Positions 1-14,089 of a stretch of DNA of 64,000 bases are shown in pieces. The notes beneath the pieces are model-generated. The model had not been told where the DNA came from. It worked only from the letters and a program-made list of their open reading frames with translations, and did no database searches. Origin of the DNA: the human T2T-CHM13v2.0 reference genome, Homo sapiens; assembly GCF_009914755.1 (NCBI RefSeq), contig NC_060945.1; one strand, written 5' to 3'. The translations under genes and the position numbers were made by a program. Within the stretch, counting starts at the first letter, position 1, and each line of letters opens with the position of its first letter.

Positions 1-1539
1 TAACAACATGTCAATCTGTAAGACAGAAGTAAGTGCAAAAAGGTTTGGATACTGAATTGGTATGAGAAGCTCTGAAAAACGTACAGTGAGGAATGGGAGA
101 GAACACTGATTAAGGAACAATAGAATGATTGCTGCATAAACTTGGTGCCTCCATTAAATAAATGAGAGAGGAAACCAATTACTCTATGTAGATGGACACT
201 TCATAGACAAGAGTACAATAGTTTTCAAGGAAACAGCAGCAATTGCAAACGTTTTTAAATTATATAGTATTTATCTTTGGGTTCGGGGAGTAGTGTGTTC
301 CTGGGGGTTCCAGTATGTTTAAGAAAGACTTTTAGAATGAACAAGAGATTGACAAGATTATTAAGTCCCAAGAGGAAATACGGATTAGACAAGCATCCTA
401 ACCTCCGTGAACTGCTCCAGGCCTGACAGGAAGAAGAATAACTGTAATGTACTAACAATCACAAATATAGTAGCTAAGATATATATGTCATACGTTGTCA
501 TGACAAATTGTCTATGCAAATTATCTCATATCATCATCTCTGCAAAGTTATACAATAAAATTATCATTTTCTCCATTATGCAGATAAAACAAAACAAAAC
601 AGAAGCAATGGCAGAAACACAGGATAAGGCCTCCAAGTCAGGGCATTCTGGGATGTTTTAGTTTATTGGATATAACGATGATATTTGTATTAACGTAAGC
701 TTAGGGGCATTAAGTTTGCTGACTGTATCTTGCTTACCATACATAAAACCCAATCATCTCCTCCTCAAGGGAGATAGCACAAATTGACCTAAGCAGTTAG
801 TTTTCCAGCTTAAAATTCAAAATTGGTTTTCACATTAGGTTTACATAATCTCCTTGTAAACTGACAACCAATCAACTAAAATTGAAGTTACCCTAGGACA
901 TCAAATATACGACACGGGAAAAAGAACTAAAAGCCAAAACTAAAACTTTAATTTGGAAAAGAAAGATTAAGACACCTACTGTATTTATTGACCCAAGGAA
1001 ATTATCAAATCTCCCAGGTGGAAGGAGTGAAAACTCTCTCCTCCGGCTGTAAGGTTAATTTCTTAACTAGTCCATCTGCTATAGTCTTATTCTATGCTGG
1101 TATGACTCTTTTGTCCAATGTGCTTTATGGTCCCTAACTTTGTTCCCTGGAGGACTTTTGCTTATATATTTCATTGGTAAACTAGAGTAAAAGGAAGCTT
1201 GGGAAAAACTTAAGAGATTGTACTCATCTAGGGATGATGGTGATAGCAAGTGTCAAAATGAAGAGATTGATTTCTCTGACAAAAATATTAATTGACAAAT
1301 TGTGAGGTTCTGTTGGAAATTACTGTCAAAGGAGCACAATATTTTAAAAATTACTTCTAAGATTTAAACAAACCATGTAGTAGAATAGCAATGACACCAA
1401 AAGTAACAGAGCTTTTTTACCTCTCCTCTGAAGAAATTAGTCTGTCCAGCAGCACAATGTGAGAAAACAATGGTACTCCAGAAATAAATTTGAACTTAGA
1501 TTATTAACTGTGATTAATATACTTAAGTAATCAAAACTA

Positions 1540-2850
1540 CTATGATCTAAATGTAAAACACAAAACTGTAAAACTCCTAGAAGTTACCACAGGAGAAAAT
1601 CTAGATGACCTAGGGTTTGGTGAAGACTTTTTAGGTACAACACTACAGGCACAATCTATGAAAGAAATAATTGAAAAGCTGTACTTCATTAAAATTAACA
1701 GTTTCTGCTATACAAAAGACAATGAGAAGAGAATAAAAATAGAATCTACAGACTAGGAGATAATATTTGCAAAAGACATATTTGAAAAATAACTGTTTCC
1801 CAAAATACACAACATTTAAAACTCAACAGTAAGGAAACAAACTACCCAATTAAAAAATGGGCTAAAGTTCTTAACAGATATGTCAGCAAGGAAGATAGAC
1901 ATATGGCAAATAAATGTAGTAATTGATTATCCACATTATGCCTCATCAATGTAATGGAAAAATAATAAAACAAAGAAATATGATTACACACCTGTTAGAA
2001 TATCTAAAATCCACAGCACTGACAACATCAAATGCTTGTGAGGATGTCGAGCAACAGGAACTCTCCTCCATTGCTGATAGAAATAGAAAGTGATATAGCC
2101 ACTTTGGAAGACAGTTGGCATTTCTTACATAATTCAACTTACTCTTCCCATAAGATCCAACGATCGCTCTTGTTGGTATTTACCCAAAGGAGTTGAAAAT
2201 TTATATCAACAAGAAAACTTACATACAGATATTTGTAATGGCTTTATTCATAACTGCCAAAACTTGAAAGCAACCAAGATATCCTTCAGTAGGTAAAAGG
2301 ATAAACTGTGCTAAATGCAGCCTATGAAATGTTATTCAAACCTAACAAGAAATGAATTACAGAGTCATGAGAAGACATGGAACAAAACTTAATGAACATT
2401 TTTAAGTGAAAGAAACCAGTCTTAAAGGCTACGTACTTCATGATTCCAGCTATATGACAGTCTGGAAAAGGCACAACTATGAAGACAGTAAAAAGATCAG
2501 TGGTTGCTGGGGTGTTGGTGTGGGGAGGGAAAGATGATCGGCAGAGCACAAGGAATTTTTAGGGAAGTGAAGCAACTCTGTGTGATACTACAACGATGGA
2601 TACATGGCATTATAAATTTGCCCAATTCTATACAGTGTACAAGACCAAGAGTGAAGCCTTATATTAACTATATCCTTGGATAATAATTTATTAATATTGA
2701 TTGTTCCTTTGCAACAAATGCAGCACTCTGGTGGGGGATGTTGATAATAGGGGAGGCTACAGATGTGTGGAGGCAGGGGGTATATGAGAAATCTGTGTAC
2801 CTTCTGCTCAATTTTGCTGTGAACCTAAAACTTCTTTAAAAAAATGAAGT
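1540..2850 (+). mobile_element. L1MC1/L1MD-like LINE-1, 3' portion (end of ORF2 plus 3' UTR)
   Basis: Degenerate ORF2 3' sequence (aaaactcctagaag...ggagaaaatctagatgacctagggtttgg) and the L1MC-type terminus ggtgggggatgttgataatag...caattttgctgtgaacctaaaacttctttaaaaaaa. Confidence 0.85.
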
Positions 2851-3475
2851 CTTTTACAATGTTGGTGAGAGTGTAAGTTAGTTCAACCATTGTGGAAGAC
2901 AGTGTGGCGATTCCTCAAGGTTCTAGAACTAGAAATACCATTTGACCCAGCCATCCCATTACTGGGCATATACCCAAAGGATTATAAACCATTCTACTAT
3001 AAAGACACATGCACACATATATTTATTGTGGCACTGCTCGAAATAGCAAAGACTTAGAACCAACCCAAATGCCCATCAGTGATAGACTCGATAAAGAAAA
3101 TATGACACATATACACCATGAAACACTATGCAGCCATAAAAACGATTGATTGAGTTCATGTCCTTGGCAGGGAAATGGATGATACAGGAAATCATCATTC
3201 TCAGCAAATTAACACAAGAACAGAAAACCAAACACTGCATGTTCTCACTCATAAGTGGGAGCTGATCAATGAGAACACCTGGACACAGGGAGGGGAACAT
3301 CACACACTGGGGCCTGTCGGGGGATGGGGGACTAGGGGAGGGATAGCATTAGGAGAAATACCTAATGTAGATTACGTGTTGATAGGTGCAGCAAACCACC
3401 ATGGCACGTGTGTACCTGTATAAAAAACCTGCATGTTCTGTACATATAGCCCAGAACTTAAAGTATAAAAAAATT
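2851..3475 (+). mobile_element. 5'-truncated L1PA (PA7/PA8-like), inserted in the A-tail of the L1MC
   Basis: Typical L1PA 3' UTR (ggggagggatagcattaggagaaatacctaatgtag...agaacttaaagtataaaa); TSD aaaaaaatgaagt 2838-2850 / aaaaacatgaagt 3476-3488. Confidence 0.92.
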
Positions 3476-4663
3476 AAAAACATGAAGTATATTAAGCATG
3501 TAAAAAATGCTACTATAATCTTAAATATGTTACAATAACGTGTCTATAAAATATGAGCCGAGCACACTTCCACAGTGTAACTCTTCTAGCTCATATGAAT
3601 AAAGTATGTGTATGTGTGCATGCATTCACATGCAACTTGCAAAGCCAACAAATGAATTCTGAAATTAAGACTTTGGCTGATGGTGTCTTGAATGTTATTT
3701 CTCAAATGACTATGCAATACTTACCAATTTAAACTCCATTTATAATTTTTCCTAATTCTTTGTCAACAAACAATATTATTGATTCTCTTTTATTTGTGCA
3801 TACTGTAATGTCCCTTTCTGATATATTTGTGAGATCTATTCATTAGCACTGGGAATAACTATGCCCCTCCTTGTTTTCTGTGCTAGTACACTCTACGTTA
3901 TTTGTTTCCCTATTCAATTACAGATGTTAGACATTTGTATACTTTATGGTCCGGTTAACTCAATTAAGTTTCCAGCTGGTTGGTTTACCTATCCCTTCGT
4001 ATCATGAAACTTTTATAACTATATTTGGATTCCCATCACAGAGTGACATTACCTGCTTGAATAAACTTAAGAACGTGATTAAATCATTGCAATTGTATGG
4101 ATTGTTGATTCTGTTTGTAAGTAAGGTTACGTATTTTTCCCTTTTCTCTCAATATTTCTCTCTCTTTTCTATTATGCATTTAGGCCTACTGTGTTCTGTG
4201 ATCACTGGTTCTGGGAATGGGTGTGACTCTGAAGAAAGCAGGAAAGAACCATTAATAACCTTATAGAGATTTTCATGCCCCAGAGTTATAAATAATACAC
4301 CCAATGTCGCTCATGCCCTGAAGCCTGACATGGGAATAACAGTTATTCTCCTGTGAAAAATAGCCATCATGCAAAAGGATCAGATTAGTGGCAGCCCACA
4401 CCGATGAGTGAGGAAGTCTCAGAGGGCTCCCATGTGCACAAGCTATTTGAAGGAGAAATGGAACTATGACATTGCAGTCATGTTCCAGACTATTGATAAC
4501 TGGGGCGGGGGTGGGGGGGAAGAAAGGAATCCTGTTGTTTAATTTGAGTGTGATCACCCTAGAAGAATGGGGGTTCAAATTATAGTTTAACTTGAGTTAT
4601 GAAAAATGTATATATTTAAAATATTTAAGTTTAAGGTTTCTCATCTGTTGTGAAATAAAAAAC

Positions 4664-4876
4664 AAAAGAAAGGGAGGGAGGAAGGAAGGAAGGAAAGGGG
4701 GAGGGAGGGACTGAGGGAAAGAGATAAAGAGAAAGAAAGAGAAGGAGGGAGAGAGAAAGAGAAAGGGAGGGAGGGAGGAAGTAAGAAAGGAAAGAAGGAA
4801 GGGAGGAAGGAGAGAAGAAGCAAGGAAAGAAAAGAGAGAAGGGGGAGGGAGGGAAGAAAGGAAGGGAGAGAAGAGG
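4664..4876 (+). repeat. GA-rich polypurine low-complexity tract
   Basis: About 210 bp of mixed GGAA/GGGA/GAAA units with very few pyrimidines. Confidence 0.95.
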
Positions 4877-6136
4877 CCCTCAGTTATTAGTCTTATCCTC
4901 ATTCTCATATTTTAGCTGTTATATATTTGACTTGTTGATTCACTATTCATTGAAATAATCTAGCAATAATAGTATTCAACTGTGTACATGAGCTTAATAG
5001 GTGATGCAAATAAGTGAGGCTAGCAGGCCATGAAGAATTACTTTTTAATTTTATTTTTATTGTTTTCAATCCTGCTTCTTCTGTAGAGAATTTTAAGTGA
5101 CAGCAATGCTGGAAGGGACGGGAGGAGGGCAAAGATTGAAAATCCTTTTTAATGGAGACTATAGTTTCTTTGTTCTAGCTAGTTATTGCATTATGAAAAT
5201 GCAAGCCATATATAACTAGATGTTTTTTCAGAATAAGCTGGAAATGCTCTTTCTTTATTCCTAAATTGACAATATTGAAAACACTGTACAAGAAAAAACA
5301 TACCGTGTCTATAGTTTTCATCCTGCTTTTGTATCCCATTTTGTGTTCTCTGCCTTTAGAGTATTTATTTTCCAACTTACATACAGCATGGAAAATCTGT
5401 CATATATATTACGAGGTTGCCAAATAAATAGAATAACCAGGAATCTTCTGGTTGAAGTGCTGAAAGGGAAGTGAGTGTTCCCACGTCCCACACCTTTCTT
5501 TCCACCATGGGTGCCTTCAAAGAACAGAAATTCAAGGTCACAGGCCAAAAGAATTCCATGTTGTTGTTTCTAGAAAAGCCAAATGAATAAACTATTAGAG
5601 TAAACAGCTCTCAAATCAAGAGATTAAAAAAGCATTTATGTAGAAACTTGGGCATCCAGTAGCTTCAATGCTACTAGTGAACTTTCAAATACTTTAAGCT
5701 ATTTAATAGACAAACATACTTTAAAAAATATTGGGACTGTGGAATCCTATCAAAATTCTTAAAAATCACTGTGCAAAGCAGTGTAGAAGTGATATTTTGC
5801 TTTATTTTGACACTTAAGTAAGTCCCTTCATTATTTTTAGAAGACCTTGCCCTGTATTTTATAGTTTACCTTTTCTAACATGTGTTATTCCCTTTTCCAA
5901 TTTAATCATCACCACATCCTGAGGGGTAAGACAAAAATCCTTACTGACACTTCATTTTTAGCATTCTTTTTTCTCATTTGCCTTTGTCCAGGGGCACTAG
6001 AAACTTCACAATTCCCTGCACTCAATGAGAAGCTCATAGTTCCTTTTTTACTCAGCATTCACATTCAAAAAGTCTGTGCAGTTTCTATGAACTGGAAAAT
6101 TGGCTATCCTTGATTTCACTATCTTAGAACCGAATA

Positions 6137-6214
6137 TATTAATTACATATTAAATAGCATGTTAACTCTTAACTGAATTTATTAATTACATATTAAATAG
6201 CATATTAACTCTTA
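6137..6214 (+). repeat. 35-bp direct repeat, two copies, 8-bp spacer
   Basis: tattaattacatattaaatagcat(g/a)ttaactctta at 6137-6171 and 6180-6214, one mismatch. Confidence 0.9.
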
Positions 6215-7294
6215 CAAATAAATTACTGTGATTTTAGAAGCTACTGCTTATCATATTGTCTCTGCAGCCTTTTAGAGGCAATGATACTACAATCTATGTA
6301 TTAGTAACACCAATGGCAAGGATTTCAAGATGTGGCCAGCTAGAGGGCATATTGCTTAAAAGTCCAGGATTTTAGCTTACTTCAGACAGTGCTACGTAGA
6401 TGACACACAGTCAGTATAACCTGATCTTAGCTCTGAACTCCAGACAACTCCATGGAAAAGAAGCTAATGTCCTTGCTGTAACAGATCAAAAACTGCGATC
6501 TCTGAAGGATGTCTAAACCGTCACAGCAAGTCATAGGGGGAATATTCTCTTGGGTCTGTTAGCTGTTTTAATTTTAATAATTCAAGTAAATGTTAAGATT
6601 TACAGGATTGAGCTAAAACAGTTTGCTTACTGTAGCTTCTAGTGTTTCCGAATATGGAAAATATATTGTCAAAATATATTTCTTTCTTTCACATTGTAAA
6701 TTATATGGATGGCTCACCATACCATAATTTATTTGCAAACCTAATTAGTTTTTAGAATTTACATCAAATATACATTGCTTAAAAACATGGCTAGTGGATC
6801 TAACTATTTCACATAGATATTATGCCAGAAGGCATATTATAAAAAACATTTAAACACTCCAATCTGGATAACAGTGAAAAGTTTTCTACTTAAAATTTAT
6901 CTTATAATATCCTTAAATTATCTAATCTTCCATCATAAGAATGGCTTAGCTTTACTAGTTCAAGGGCTATGTAAGATAATATAAGAGGCAAGCTTCATCT
7001 TTAGTTTATATTCTTCTTCATTTGTCATTAAACATCTTATAAGCCTGCCATTTTTATCTGGCTTTAAACAGTAAGTGGAGATGTCAGAAAATACGAATAA
7101 TATATACAATTTCAGATTCAAATATTGAAAACAGAATGTCATTTTTTTCTTTTTCTCCTGTGGAATTATTATTCAGAAAACACTTCAGGTATTAGGCAAT
7201 CATCCATTAATTACTTAGTGGTTATTATTAACAAAATGCCGTTTTTTTTCCTAAAGAAACTATTGATTTTGTGAAAGCATGTTAAACGTTTAAC

Positions 7295-8130
7295 ACATCC
7301 TTTCATTCCTGGATTCAAAAGTATTTATTGAGTGTTCACTATATGCCAATCACTGACTATTGTCAAACCATGTCCGTATGAGGAGGAATGAATCACCATC
7401 CCTAACCTCAAGAAAATTATTCCCTGGTGAAGGAGACAAATATATGCACATTATAGCACAGCATTCTTGGTGCCAAAAGGAGTATGAGTGTAGTGGTATG
7501 GTTGCTCTATGAGAAAAAAATGCTGACATTTGCCTTGGGAATTACTGTTAATAATAGAATAGAAATCGGCCAGTGGGCAAAGTGGTGAAAAGCATTCCAT
7601 ATAGATTAAAGACACAAAACAATTAAAGATCATTGAGAATTCAGAGAACTGTGAGCACTTAAGTATTCCTCAGGTGCAGCATGTAAGGCTAGAAAGCTAA
7701 GTGGAGTTATATTTTAATAGCCTTGTGAGTCAAGCCACATTTTATGTTGTAGGTAATAGCAGGCCATTACACTAGTGACTCCTAATCTAGAGTGTGCATT
7801 TATTTACCTTCTAAGTTGAGAGAGAGAGAGAGATAAAACACCTAAATTGAGATTCTACTTTAGTAAGGCTGGAATAGTAGTGTTTGGGAACCAGTATTGA
7901 TCATTATCATTATTATTTTAATAACCTTCATCAGGGGTCCTGACTTGGGCTGCTGGCTAAAACTCACATCATTTAAGGGTTTTATGACAAGGGAGTAGCA
8001 TAATTAGATGCTTATTTTATAAAGCTTATTTTGGTATCTGTATCAACAATGTATCATAGGGGAAGTAAGCATAAAGACCAAAAGACCAAATAGAAAGCTA
8101 TTGTACCTGTACAGGTGAGAAGTTATAAGT
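7295..8130 (-). mobile_element. L2 3' region, degenerate; possibly interrupted by a MER5-like fragment near 7770-7970
   Basis: Reverse L2 terminus ttcattcc...gtatttattgagtgttcactatatgcca...cactg followed by typical L2 minus-strand purine-rich sequence. Confidence 0.6.
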
Positions 8131-8160
8131 ATCAATCAAAGTCTATGAACAGGAATTGGA

Positions 8161-8496
8161 GGATGGGTGTGGTGGCTCAGGCCTGTAATCCCAGCACTTT
8201 GGGAGGCAGAGGCAGGCAGATCACGTGAGGTCGGGAGTTTGAGACCAGCCTGAAAAACATGGTGAAACCCCGTCTCTACTAAAAATACAAAAGTTAGCCG
8301 GGCATGGTGGTGCACGCCTGTAATTCCAGCTACTTTGGAAGCTGAGTCAGGAGAATCGCTTGAATCTGGGAAGCGGAGGTTGCAGGAGAACCGCTTGAAC
8401 CTGGGGACTGGAGGTTGCAGTGAGCCAAGATTGCACCATTGCACTCCAGCCTTGGCAACAAGAGCAAACTCCATCTCAAAAAAAAAAAAAAAAAAA
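8161..8496 (+). mobile_element. AluSq/Sp-like element with an internal 35-bp duplication
   Basis: Dimeric Alu, ggcaacaagagcaaactcc 3' motif, A-tail; caggagaa(t/c)cgcttgaa...ggaggttg is present twice (8348-8382, 8383-8417). Confidence 0.95.
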
Positions 8497-8534
8497 GAAT
8501 TGAAAATTAAGGAGGCTCACAAAGATAGTACCTA

Positions 8535-8692
8535 TTTTTTATACATATATATATTCCCATTTATAAATATATATAATATATATTTATATATTTATTTTCT
8601 GACACACATATATTACATATATGTAATTTCTGACGCATATATATTATATATAGTATATATTATATATATAATATGTGTAAATATATATATTT
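8535..8692. repeat. (TA)-rich low-complexity tract
   Basis: Degenerate (TA)n/(TATAA)n. Confidence 0.85.
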
Positions 8693-9183
8693 ACAAATGG
8701 GAATGTGTGAGAGTGCTTATTTAAGGCAATTCTAAATTTCTGATAGAGACAGCTGGAAAATTAAGTGTACAATAAATTTAACTTGGAAATCATTCATTAA
8801 TTAGAAGTTGGCATTTTAAAAGACCTCGTTTCTGTTATATACTACATGTGTGTGTTTGACACCAGTTATAAATAGAAATTATTAACTAGAGGTTTTATTT
8901 GAAAAATAAAAGGAGTCTGAAGTCCCAAAACAATTAATAATTATCTGATATTCAATTATATTGTTTATTTGGTGAAATCTAGATTCTTCTATCAGCATGA
9001 CTCACTGTATTGGACAGTCATTTGATTGAGTACAGGATCTGATACCAGGTTAGAGAACAAGGAGGAAAACAGAACTGTTAGTAATAGCATCTGTCCTAAC
9101 TACTTAATGGGAAAAGACACAGATTCGCAGCCTGTTTATTAATGACATACATGTAGTCTATCTTCAAGAACTCAAGAACTGAG

Positions 9184-9350
9184 GGTCAGATGTGGTGGTC
9201 TGCACCTGCAGTCCTAGCTGCTAGGGATGCTGAGGCAGGAGGATGGCTTGTGCCCAGGAGATGGAGGCTACAGTGAGTTGTGATTGTGCCACTGACTGAA
9301 GCCTGAGTGAGAGAGCAAGGTTCTGTCTCTTACGACAACAACAACAATAA
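9184..9350 (+). mobile_element. Alu right monomer (FRAM or AluJ right arm)
   Basis: ggtcagatgtggtgg...gctgaggcaggaggatggcttgtgcccaggag...gaggctacagtgag; (CAA)n tail; flanked by aagaact(c)aagaa. Confidence 0.85.
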
Positions 9351-12029
9351 AGAACTAAGAAATTGTAATCTGGTGAGGTAGCCATTTCCGTTTGAGGAAG
9401 GGAGTGCTTGGGAATCCCATCATCCACAGCCAGTATTACCTAATATAACTCTTTTCACAATAACTCTTCTAGATAATCTCTGGGCAGTGGCTTGCTCATC
9501 AAGAGCCAGCATTCTTGCCATGGCTGATGTTTCTCCAATCTCTACCAAAGGCTTTTCCATTATTTTACTGTTCTTAAATCTATATTTTACTTCAGTAAGC
9601 TAAGGCTTTTCAAATACGAATCTAATTGGCTAAATAATTGCCTCCCTAGTCAATTCTTACTTGTTCTATCCCAAGGAGATAAATGTGATTTAAAATATCA
9701 TAGAGTGCAAATACTAAGAAATACATTTCAGAATAATTCCATATAGTCTCTTTGCCTTTTGTAACACTTTTTTTCACTCTCCTAGGAAACTTCTTTTTTT
9801 ACAAATAAGAGGCATACTTCTTTTTCCTTTTTCTACTGTGGTGTTAAATATAATGGGGTTGGATGCAAAATATATAAATAAAATATTTTTTCCTGTTATT
9901 ATTGCTTCATAAAATTCTAATATGTTATTATACCTAAAAGTCAGTTTTCTAATGGTAGTATGTTATGTAGTTTAGATATGCTGAATGAAAACTTAAGATG
10001 ATATATACATTATTCAGTGTATGGGATTTAAAAACATGCCATGTCTAAATAATTTAGAAGCCTCATTCTTGTAGCGTTTTGAATTAAAATATAAGAAACA
10101 TCCCCAACATAATTTAATAGTGCATTTTTAAATTCAAGATCTAAATTCAACAAAAGTTAGAAAAATATAAAAAAGATTTCTATTAAAAAGTAGACTAACC
10201 AGTTAATAATCCAGAAGGGTAATTCTAACATCAATCAATTAAAAATAGTATTCTCCATGAATCATATCTAGGTCATTTTCCTCCAAAAATTTCATATATA
10301 TATGTATTTGTGTGTATATATATAATAAATTTGTGTATATATATAATATATTTGTGTATTGTATATGTTTTTATATACACCAAACTTTGCATAGCAAAAA
10401 TTTTAAAATATGCAGTGTGTACACATTTTTCCTAATGCCTGAAGGCACTGAGATAGAAACCTCACATTACCCATAGATTTATCTTTCTATGATGAATTAT
10501 TGACTATCACAGATTTGCGTTAAACATGGGAAAATCTAAAACAAGATTCATAACAATGCCACATACTTACTGCATTTTTGCTACAGTAAGTTTAATGAAT
10601 GAATCTCAGACTCTCTGCAGGAGGCAAGTGTTTCAACTCCTCCATGTCTTTCTGAGAATGGCTTAATCTCAATAAAAGAACCAAATTGCAGGCAGGCACA
10701 TCTGGCATGAAACAACACATGCACTACAGCCCTCAGTACAGTAAATCACTTCACACTGGGCACTGGCATGAGTCAGGTGTTGACAAGAGTTCTTGCAAAG
10801 CGTATACTAATACAATGAACAGTTATTATCAGAGTTAGATAATCTTCAGACATATAAGCAGTATGCACGAGAAGTATTACTGCTAACTTTCATTGATGTT
10901 GCAATGTCTACAAAAACTGTAATCAAGTTAAAGCTGTTCACACCCTCCCCTAAAAGTGTATCTTTTAAGTCTTCTTTACAATTGTTGTGTTGTATTCCAG
11001 GATTCTAGATCTCACGTCTAATTTTGGACAGATTTTAGTTCATTATACAAAGCATTAATGTGAATTGCTTCTGTGTTCCCTTGATTTATAATACATGGCT
11101 TTATATTAACAGATGTAGAGAACTCTGAAAATCAAACAAGGCAAAAATAATATATGGAACTTGGTGGATTTAGTTGGGGAAAAGTACGTATGTTTCTGTT
11201 TTTTATTTGCAATATACACATAATGTTTCTAACTTACCTGTATCAGTTGACTCTAGTTGTCTTCCAGCCTGCCCATCTCAACAATTGTATTATATATATT
11301 CTTATCCTAAAGTAATTATATTCTATTTTTATCCTAAAATATATTCTATATCGAATACATTCTTTATCTCTATCTAAAATATATTCTTATCCTAAAATAA
11401 TTAACACATAGTGTAAACAAAATGTTTACAGTGCTGTAAAAATGTGAGAATCAGAAGTGTTTTAAAATTATGTTCAATGTTTTATCAATATGCCACTATT
11501 TTAAAAGTATCATTTATATTTGTATTATATTTTATATGTATTTACAAGACCACACAAAGTGAAGAGTGTTTTGAATGGATCCCAAATAATTATTTTAAAA
11601 CTTTTGTTTTTATGCTTAAATAGACAAATCAGAACACATGTTATTTGGTCAAATATATAATAGGACACATGTAATTACTAAAGTAAACAGGGCTTTAGAA
11701 ATCTTATTTTTTTTTTCCTTTTGTAGCTAATGCCTGGATTCAGTATTTCAAAACTTTGGGAAAATTGTTTAATTTTACATAATATACTTGGAAATACTTG
11801 TAATATAATAGTAAATACCTGTAAGAGCTAGTTTCCTGTTTTTGTATTCATGACAATCGCTGCTTAGTATCATAGTTGTTATGAAAAATGCAACACATTT
11901 TTGTTTCTTCTTTATTATTAATGTATTTAACACTATAGAGTTTTGAGTTGAACACAAACCAGTAACTTTGAAAGAATGTAAATATAACAGAACAACAAAA
12001 TGCCTTAAACATAAGCTTTATAAAGTCAA

Positions 12030-12590
12030 ACTGGTGATAACATTCTGTATTTGTTTTTTACCCACATCACCTTCTAAGGAAAACCATTCATTATTCTCTC
12101 CCCTATTCTACATGGGCAGCATCCTCAATGGCCAATTTTATATCATTTAATCCATATCTTCTCTTTTATGGTCATAATGATCAGACCAGAAAGTGGATAC
12201 ATTACTAAGTTTATGGACATATTGAAAATGTATTGAAAATGCTGTCATCATTAGATAAAAGATACCATGTATGTGGATTTTCGTACTTAACGATTTATAC
12301 TAAGAACATGTGAGGAATTTGCCTCCCAGTGGTGCAGAATCTTCTGCAGAGTCATGAGTTAGAAAAATAAAGACAATTATGGAGCATATGTCCCTGCAGG
12401 GTGGGAAACCACCTTGCCACCTGTTTGGTTTCTGAGTGGCGTTGGCATTTTGAGGTCAGGGATGTCAAATGAGGGTAGGTTGAACAGAGCGGCTTCAAAG
12501 AGAAATTTTTCTGGTACAATCAGTGAAACAACTGCTGCCTAGATAAACTCTATTCCTTATGAGTGATCTAATGCTATAAAGATTGATACA
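12030..12590 (+). mobile_element. Possible very old MaLR/ERVL LTR (MLT1K/L-like)
   Basis: Only weak motifs (ggtcataatgatcagaccagaaagtggatac; terminal ...gattgataca). Confidence 0.3.
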
Positions 12591-14089
12591 GTCACATCCA
12601 GTTAAATTTGATGATCATTAGTTTGCGCTGAAGTAAATCCAAAGTGACCCACTGCTCATCAGACCAACTTAAGGTCTCAGAACAAAAAATGCCAGCCTCA
12701 GGTATAAGTGAAATTCTATGGAGAAGCATCGTCTTACAGAGTAGCTCTCCGGCAGGCAGAATCCTAAAAAATCAGATGTGTTATCTAAAGAACTTAATAT
12801 ACTGTAACACACACACACACACACCAAAAACAAATGAATAAACAAAATGGAAGAAAACAAGAGAGGGAGGAAGGAAGGAAAAAGAGAGAAAGCCCATGTA
12901 ACTGACTGCTTTACTACATACTTTATCTTGACAGATGGTTATTTTAGAGAGACGGCCAGAGCTTTGTGCTGTAAGCTGTCCTTTATCTCCTTCCCTAAAA
13001 AGGAACTGCTTCTGCAGTCTTGCTGCTCTTTTCTAATTATTTCATATGGTAGTGTTATTGGTGTTAACATTCGCTATTTATTTCATAGGCTGCCAATAAT
13101 TAGAAAAGATGTCTAAATATAACTCATGTGAGCTACGAAACTATGAACTATGAAAATGGTGAATATGACTTGAACTTCTGGGGCTCTAAAATTTAAAACA
13201 CTTCAAATGGCTGTGACACTTTATATCCGTATATATTCCTCACTTTTTCTTGAAAAAGGGATATGTATGTCTTTGGTGGTATGCATGGCGGTGAGATCAA
13301 CATTTAGGTAGAAGTATATTGGTAATTAGAAAATAAAAGTGTACATAATAATGATTAAAAGTTAAAATGTTTTGAATTAATCTCAACCTCATTCATACAC
13401 CTCCCTAATGTAAAGTTTTTGAGCCCCTACTCCTTTAACTAGATAGTCACAGTTTTAAACATGTCATCCTAGCACCAGAATAAACAATAAAGGGCAATCA
13501 ATCTGAAGACTACCCAATCATATATATGGACTCTGTCACCTTTCTTACAAAATGATATAGCTTAATTATTCACAATGTTTTTTCCAAACTAAGAAACAGA
13601 TATATTATGGCAGTGTGTTGCTGGAGTTATAGCAAACAGACTATGAGGATGCAGTGAAAGCAGAATGCCCTGATGAGCCAGGTGCAAATTAAAGCAATGT
13701 GGGGAAAGTGTTGTGCAGTGAGGCACAAAAGCTGAAAGTGAACTAAGTTGTGAAAAGAAAAAAGAGCATGCGGGTTATAGCTGGGTCATGCAGACCAAGA
13801 AAAACGGAATTTCATGGGTTCTGGTTGTCCAGTTGCTATAGTTGCTTTGAAAACCAGAAGTAGCTGCACTGTTAATCTCTATGAGGCCAGGCTCACTATG
13901 AGTAATGTTCTGGAATAGGCATAAGAGCTGCCTCTTCCTTATTTAGCATTATGCAATCCAAACAACAAAACCTGTTAGTCACTATTTCTTGAAACTAAAA
14001 AATAATAGTAATAAGTAAATAAAAGCAAATTGAGGCAAGTATGCTGTAGAGTGAATTCACAACTGATTTATGATTATTAGTAGGTAGGA

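Noticed and set aside
440-640. MIR-like fragments here and near 15200, 20850, 44300 and 59550
   Set aside because: Similarity too weak by eye to give defensible boundaries
4597-4908. Hydrophobic F/L/S/P-rich ORFs that look membrane-like
   Set aside because: Artefact of translating the polypyrimidine strand of a GA-rich repeat
11291-11400. Repeated tatattcttatcctaaa motif
   Set aside because: Short, irregular AT-rich slippage repeat with no further structure
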